Below, piece after piece: positions 58,613 to 64,000 of a DNA stretch of 64,000 nt. The first letter of the stretch is position 1; each line of letters starts with the position of its first letter. This stretch comes from Spirochaetota bacterium (GTDB taxonomy: Bacteria; Spirochaetota; UBA4802; UBA5550). The DNA lies in the NCBI GenBank assembly GCA_963664815.2, contig CAXXHB010000002.1:96001-160000 (forward strand), given 5' to 3'. Under the pieces are notes generated by a model. That model was not told where the DNA came from. It saw only the letters and a program-made list of their open reading frames with translations, and ran no database searches. The translations under genes were made by a program, and so were the position numbers.

Positions 58613-59155
58613 TCAGAATTTATCGATATGAATAAATTCGGAAACCTCCCGTCTTTTAGGTCCCTCTTTTTTCAGCTCTACAGGTTTCCCAACCGGCAGG
58701 ACCCCTATAAGTTCATATGGATACTTTACATTCAGCAGCTCTGCACATTTTACATGATCCATCGATCCGACTACTACACTTCCAAGTCCCATATCATGGG
58801 CTTTAAGCTGCAGATTCTGTACTGCAAGACCAAGATCAAACATATACCAAGAATCGAATTTTGTTCTTTTCACTCCGTCACGATAACCGGAGTGATTGCT
58901 TTTACCGCAGAAAGCAATCAATACTGATGCTGATTCTGAACATTTTCTTGCGGGATTGTTTTCTGCATAAGTTTCTACAACCTTTTTTATCAGTTCTTTG
59001 TCTCTGATAATAATAAACTCCCAACACTGTGTATTTGACCATGACGGAGCCCACCTGCCAGCTTCGAGAATTCTGTTTATTTCTTCATCAGTTACATAAT
59101 AATCGGTGAATTTCCGTACGGATCTTCTTGTCATTATCGCATCATGTAGTTCCAT
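58613..59155 (-). CDS. Nitroreductase family protein
   Basis: GAGG SD before ATG 59155. AIMTRRSVRKF, WAPSWSNTQCWEF, DLGLAVQNL.LKAHDMGLGS. Confidence 0.93.
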   Translation of the reverse strand: MELHDAIMTRRSVRKFTDYYVTDEEINRILEAGRWAPSWSNTQCWEFIIIRDKELIKKVVETYAENNPARKCSESASVLIAFCGKSNHSGYRDGVKRTKFDSWYMFDLGLAVQNLQLKAHDMGLGSVVVGSMDHVKCAELLNVKYPYELIGVLPVGKPVELKKEGPKRREVSEFIHIDKF

Positions 59156-59269
59156 AAAACACCTCACATTATATTTTTTCTTTGCCACCGTTGACAGAAA
59201 AGAAGAGTGACGATGATTAAAATCCACTCAAGCCTCCGCCGTTAGCCTAAAGTGTGGCACAGCTGATTA

Positions 59270-60196
59270 TTAATTCAAGCCAGTAATGATTTGCCGAATA
59301 ATATCTATAAATTTCTCCATTCCGTTATTAATTTTTTCTAAAACTTCAGATAATGAAAAAAGATCACCGTCATATTTAGCTAATTCATACCTGATTTCTC
59401 TGCTCAATTCATCCTGTGAAAATGTATTATACTGTGACGAATATATGATTTTAAAATCGTTTCTTACTGTCCCGGTAAGCTCTGCATGATACTCTGTTGG
59501 ATTAAGTGCAGCTATTGCACACCCACAGGCATCCGCTTCAAACATGGTTAATCCGAAATGTGTTATAATAATTTTTGTCCTGACCAGTACTTCCGCATAT
59601 GATATTTCTGTTTGTGAAAAACCTCCGGTTAAAGTGAAGATTTTTCCACCTTTGAGGATTACCGAAGAACCGGATTCAGGTACTGCGTTTCTGATAGATG
59701 TGACAAGTTCATGCGGCGGATTATACCCTGCATAAACTGCTACATCAATATCACGTTTAAAAGAATATTTTTCTGAAAGCAGTTTAATCCCTTCAGAAAA
59801 ATTGTATCCATACAGAAAAAGCGATTTATCAGGTTTATTAATTCTCAGGTTTTCCAGTGGAAGAGGAAGAAGGTTTATTGCATATTCGGCCATTTTACTT
59901 CCCGGACCGGAATCATCAATGACAATAACAGGCGCAATCTGTTTCAGAAGTTTTATTTCTTCCGGAGAAGAATCTCTCATGTCACGAATAATTAAATCAG
60001 CATCCGGCGGAATAGAATCAACAAGCAGATAACTGAATTTTTCATCAATGGGGATATCATTTTGTTTTAGTGCAATATTAGCAGAAAAATCCGTTGTCCG
60101 ATTTAAATTTACAGCAAGACTAAGCATTCTCTGAAGATGCCCTGTCCCGAGAATGCCGCCGGTTCCTGAGACAATTATAATCTTTTTTTTATCCAT
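59270..60196 (-). CDS. PseG/SpsG-like GT-B fold protein
   Basis: GGILGTGHLQRMLSLA (GxGHxxR), VIVIDD, IITHFGLTMFEA...GC. Confidence 0.7.
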   Translation of the reverse strand: MDKKKIIIVSGTGGILGTGHLQRMLSLAVNLNRTTDFSANIALKQNDIPIDEKFSYLLVDSIPPDADLIIRDMRDSSPEEIKLLKQIAPVIVIDDSGPGSKMAEYAINLLPLPLENLRINKPDKSLFLYGYNFSEGIKLLSEKYSFKRDIDVAVYAGYNPPHELVTSIRNAVPESGSSVILKGGKIFTLTGGFSQTEISYAEVLVRTKIIITHFGLTMFEADACGCAIAALNPTEYHAELTGTVRNDFKIIYSSQYNTFSQDELSREIRYELAKYDGDLFSLSEVLEKINNGMEKFIDIIRQIITGLN

Positions 60197-60926
60197 GGCT
60201 GTGATGAGTCATAGGTCTCTGTTCAACACCATTATTGATAAAACGGAGTTCCGGTTTCTTACTTATAAGATCTATGACCTCAGATAATTCAATCGGTTTA
60301 TTATGATAGAGCTCATTATATATTGCATTCATAAGCTTATAATCATCAGCAGTATCAACCGTCAACCGAAGATCGGGGAATGGATTTGACAAAGTTGATT
60401 TATAACTTAGTATTTTAAATAATTCCGGATTTTCTTTTATATAAGGAGTTACATGTTCCCTGTGATGAAGCTCTGTACCATTTTTGTAAGCTGTATCAAT
60501 GGCGGATTTTTTTATTACTTCAACCCCGGTTCCAAGAGGAATACCAGAAGTAGTACAATGGTCAGCATTCTGCTTAATGGCATAATTCAAAGCGCAGGAA
60601 GCTGATTTATGATCAGTAAGAGGATTGTCTCCTGTTACCCGTATTATATAATCACAGTCAGTATTTTCTGAGGCCATGAAGTATCTCTCAAGAACGTCGT
60701 TTTCCGGACCGATGAAAGATTCTATTCCACACTGTGAACTTATTTCAAGCAAAGGGCTGTTTTCATAACCATTACCTGTTGCAAGAATAACTGTATCTAT
60801 ATCTTTAATCAGTTTTGCCCGTTCAATCACGTGAAAAATCATGGGTTTTCCACAAAGATCAAGCAGGGCTTTATTCAAAAGCCTGGTTGATAAGATTCGA
60901 GCCTGTATTATTGCTACCGCTTTCAT
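60189..60926 (-). CDS. SpsF-family cytidylyltransferase
   Basis: IIQARILSTRL.NK.L, G.ENDVLERY, IRVTGDNPL, PLGTGVEV, REHVTPYI, LRLTVDTADD. Confidence 0.92.
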   Translation of the reverse strand: MKAVAIIQARILSTRLLNKALLDLCGKPMIFHVIERAKLIKDIDTVILATGNGYENSPLLEISSQCGIESFIGPENDVLERYFMASENTDCDYIIRVTGDNPLTDHKSASCALNYAIKQNADHCTTSGIPLGTGVEVIKKSAIDTAYKNGTELHHREHVTPYIKENPELFKILSYKSTLSNPFPDLRLTVDTADDYKLMNAIYNELYHNKPIELSEVIDLISKKPELRFINNGVEQRPMTHHSHG

Positions 60927-60940
60927 TTTATATGAAGTAA

Positions 60941-62464
60941 TCAGAAATTAAATGTATACCACTCATCACAATTCCTGCAATCAGGTTCATCAGTGAAACA
61001 TTTGTTGTAATTATCAATAAAATATTGACCCTGTTTGTCCCATATTTCTTTCAGAGTCATTGTCTTTATACTGCCGCAGGGATAACTTCCATCTATATCC
61101 TGCTTACAAAATGATACTGTTCCATCGGAGAGTATATACAAGTCCCGCTGCAGGTGCCAACATGGTGTTCTCTTCACGGGTGAAAGATCCGAGTATTTTC
61201 TATCAGGAATCCTTCCAAAATAAGTATTCTGTTTCTGCAGGATAATTGGAATTTTCTGCCCCTCCCAAAAATCGTAGTATTTATCAAGGTATGATTTTAT
61301 ATCATTCTCATTTGAGAACTCGTCGGTTTCATTTATTTTCATTATCTGAATATAAACCCTTTCTTCCATGGAATTGAGTTCTTTTAGTGATATAATGTTT
61401 TTCAGTACCAGATCAAAAGCATCCGTTCCATGATACTTTTGGTATGATTCTTTATCTATTCCGTTGTTATTGACTATAATTTTGATTCTGGAATTTTCAG
61501 TTTTAGACATAAAACTTTTAAAGTTTGAGTCTGCCAGTATTCCGTTAGTTTCAATTACAAGCTGCTCAACCAAATCTTCTTTTAAGGCTGTTTCCATGAA
61601 CGAATAAAATCCCGGATGCTCCATAGGTTCTCCGGAACCTGTGAAACAGAGAGTGTATGGCAGAGAAAAATCATGCATGCCTTCAAGGATTTTATTAAAA
61701 GCCCCCACTTCCATGTTGCCATGCCCGGGCGAGCTAAGAGCTTTTCTGTAACAAAAAATACAATCAAGTGAACATTTACCGGTCAGCTCAAGTTCCAGAT
61801 ATGAAGGACTGATAAATAGTGTTTCTGGATTTGATTCTATTAAACTTTTAATTTCTGAATACTGAGGTATTGTTTTCTTTATATTACAGAGATTCTCCAT
61901 TATTCTGCGATCACGTTTGTTGTTAAGCCGGAAAGATATTCTTTTGTTCCTTATATCAGGCTCTTTGTAAAAAAGTTCAACGTCAAATTTGTTTATATTT
62001 GCCCTGATCACTTTTCCAAGCGGGAGAGTCTTTTCATCAATATCCGGAACCTGGTTTATGAGTTCATGTGAAATTATCTCACAGGCGAATCCTTCGGGCA
62101 GATTTTCAGAAAATGTGAATTCTGCCAGATACTTGACATGAACATCCAGCATCTCTTTTAGAATCTCATGATCAAAGAAAGGGGAATCTCCGTTTAAAAC
62201 TACAGCGTGATCGGAAGATGTTGTAGTAAAAAAATTTTTCCAGAAGGATATATCATCATTCCCTTCCCGTTTAAGTACATTTGAGAATGTTTTAAGCTTT
62301 CCATTGTAACTGGAGGATATTGAATAAAACACTCTGAAATCAGGGAATGCTTTTTTTATATTCTCTCCGATCATTTCCGGCACAAACGAATTATTAAAAT
62401 ACAGATCTGTTTCGTTTATTCCATCATCGATTTTTATTAATACTCCAATATTCTCAGTTGCCAT
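60941..62464 (-). CDS. Spiro-SPASM protein (cytidylyltransferase-like N-terminus + radical SAM + SPASM)
   Basis: N-terminal GDSPFFD...KYLAEFTFSENLPEGFACEI. CSLDCIFC, GSGEP, IETNG. SPASM PCWHLQRDLYILSDG.V.FCKQD...CRNCDEWYTFNF. Confidence 0.9.
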   Translation of the reverse strand: MATENIGVLIKIDDGINETDLYFNNSFVPEMIGENIKKAFPDFRVFYSISSSYNGKLKTFSNVLKREGNDDISFWKNFFTTTSSDHAVVLNGDSPFFDHEILKEMLDVHVKYLAEFTFSENLPEGFACEIISHELINQVPDIDEKTLPLGKVIRANINKFDVELFYKEPDIRNKRISFRLNNKRDRRIMENLCNIKKTIPQYSEIKSLIESNPETLFISPSYLELELTGKCSLDCIFCYRKALSSPGHGNMEVGAFNKILEGMHDFSLPYTLCFTGSGEPMEHPGFYSFMETALKEDLVEQLVIETNGILADSNFKSFMSKTENSRIKIIVNNNGIDKESYQKYHGTDAFDLVLKNIISLKELNSMEERVYIQIMKINETDEFSNENDIKSYLDKYYDFWEGQKIPIILQKQNTYFGRIPDRKYSDLSPVKRTPCWHLQRDLYILSDGTVSFCKQDIDGSYPCGSIKTMTLKEIWDKQGQYFIDNYNKCFTDEPDCRNCDEWYTFNF

Positions 62465-62470
62465 GAGGCG

Positions 62471-63538
62471 CTAACCCTTAATATATCCTTCCATATATAT
62501 TTTTATTGAAGCTTTATCTTTTTTCTGCATTATCCATTTTTTAAACTGTCCCTGAGCATTTTCACTGTAAAGTTTATACATTATCATCTTTTCAACTTTT
62601 TCGTAAGTAACTGCTCTTCTTTCAAGATATTTAACTATATGGTAACCAAATCCCGACTTAAATACACCGGAAATCTGTCCGCTTTTATTCATCCTGTATA
62701 CGTAGCCGGCAAAATAAGGGTCCATTTGTGCAAGCATCTGCCATCCAAGATCCCCTCCGTTTTTAGCAGAACCGGGATCCTGTGAATATTTACCTGCAAG
62801 TGATTCAAAAGAATCCTGATTTGCCATTATCTGCTTTCTGATCTCTTCAGCTTTTGTGTTGGCATTTTTCTCATCTGTGAGCGACCCGCCTTTAGGTATT
62901 ATAAGTATATGTTTTACATGAACTTCATACCCGAGCTTTGATTTATTTACGTTATACCATTTTTTTGCTTCTTCTGCAGATGGAGGTGTTGCACCTATTG
63001 CTACGGACATTATCTGTTCACGCGCAATATTTACTTTCAATTCATCAAAAAATGAAAAGAAATCCATCCTCTCTTTTTTTTCAATGAAATCAATAAATTT
63101 TTTTAATTCAGGATCTACTTTAAAATTTGTTTCAAACCTGTTCTCTATATATTTTTCCATGTTTGATGAAACACGATCAACTGTTTTTGTAAGTTCTTTA
63201 TCGTTTTCGATTCTTGTGCTGAAGAATTTTGTAATTGCTCCTTCAAGCTGATTTATTACTCTTTTATCCGGCAGAAGAATTGATTCATCCTGGGCTGTCT
63301 CGAATATAAGTTCCGTCTCTATCATGTTATCAAGAATGCGGCTTTTTTCGTAATTGATTTTTGAAGTGGGTATATTTTTCAGAGTTTTAAGTCTGATAAA
63401 TTTCTGGTTCAGATCGCTTTCCATAATTGCCCTGCTGTTGACCACAGCAAGTACTTTTTCATAACTATCCCATGCAAAGGAGGACACTGAAAACAGCAAA
63501 ATCAGCAGCGGTAAAAGTAAAATGTATCTTAATTTCAT
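62471..63538 (-). CDS. SurA-like periplasmic peptidyl-prolyl isomerase (spirochaete type)
   Basis: Signal peptide. EKVLAVVNSRAI, VHVKHILI, FESLAGKYSQDPGSAKNGGDLGW, ISGVFKSGFGYHIVK. Confidence 0.9.
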   Translation of the reverse strand: MKLRYILLLPLLILLFSVSSFAWDSYEKVLAVVNSRAIMESDLNQKFIRLKTLKNIPTSKINYEKSRILDNMIETELIFETAQDESILLPDKRVINQLEGAITKFFSTRIENDKELTKTVDRVSSNMEKYIENRFETNFKVDPELKKFIDFIEKKERMDFFSFFDELKVNIAREQIMSVAIGATPPSAEEAKKWYNVNKSKLGYEVHVKHILIIPKGGSLTDEKNANTKAEEIRKQIMANQDSFESLAGKYSQDPGSAKNGGDLGWQMLAQMDPYFAGYVYRMNKSGQISGVFKSGFGYHIVKYLERRAVTYEKVEKMIMYKLYSENAQGQFKKWIMQKKDKASIKIYMEGYIKG

Positions 63539-63656
63539 TTTGTTCCCATCTATTAATTCATTAATACTTACTATCTGAAGTAAAATTGCGCAACTGTTTT
63601 TTATTATTCGTCTATTTAATAAAAAAACAATTATGATAATCAGTATTCATATTGCA

Positions 63657-64000
63657 TCATTTAGTCTTTTTACTATTCTTAAAGAGAAGGTATTCTATAC
63701 CATCAACAAGGGCCATCCATGATGCTTCAATAATGTTGGATGAAACTCCAACTGTACCCCAGTGATCTGTTCCATCAGACTGATCGATCAGAACCCTGAC
63801 GCTAGAAGCAGTTCCACTATTATCGTCGAGTACACGCACCTTGTAATCAGTTAAATACATATGGGCAATTTCCGGATAGAATTTAGTAAGAGCCTTCCTT
63901 AAGGCGTTATCAATTGCTTCTACAGGACCGTTCCCATTCGCCGCTGTATGTTCAAGCTGACCACCAACTTCTACTTTAATAGTAGCTTCACATTCCATTT
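63657..64000 (-). CDS. cimA: Citramalate synthase, C-terminal regulatory domain (5' partial)
   Basis: EATIKV.V...EHTAA.GNGPV.A.D.ALRKAL..FYP......LTDYKVRVL....GT...VRVLI...DG...[21 protein letters not shown]. The gene runs off the window. Confidence 0.8.
   Translation of the reverse strand, partial: MECEATIKVEVGGQLEHTAANGNGPVEAIDNALRKALTKFYPEIAHMYLTDYKVRVLDDNSGTASSVRVLIDQSDGTDHWGTVGVSSNIIEASWMALVDGIEYLLFKNSKKTK

Overview
AT-rich bacterial chromosomal segment, most likely from a free-living anaerobic spirochaete related to the Leptospirales. Spirochaete markers: spiro-SPASM radical SAM protein next to a SurA-like PPIase, SBBP-repeat lipoprotein, FecR-domain protein, eukaryote-type IMPDH, and an AsmA/DUF1318/giant TPR locus. 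Anaerobic markers: CoA-substrate activase, tungsten/molybdenum AOR-family enzyme and two CoA-transferases. About 46 genes are recognisable, including rtcB-archease, metX-metW under a SAM-I riboswitch, ribB under an FMN riboswitch, ruvA, guaB, ttcA-like, dinG-like, purD, pgm, recX, rpsI/rplM, manC and a partial cimA. No rRNA, tRNA, CRISPR array, transposase or integrase was seen. Main points of interest: (1) an envelope operon of AsmA/YdbH-like protein + YdbL lipoprotein + 2564-aa PD40/TPR lipoprotein with apparently inactive CHAT domains; (2) a surface-protein cassette centred on a lipoprotein carrying a phospholipase A2 domain, followed by a foldase; (3) a bacterial homolog of archaeal GAPOR; (4) a structured leader ahead of the eukaryote-type guaB; (5) a spiro-SPASM/SpsF/SpsG cluster; (6) a perfect 56-bp REP-like palindrome and a collapsed hybrid-kinase remnant. 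All family calls come from motif recognition by eye; no searches were run.
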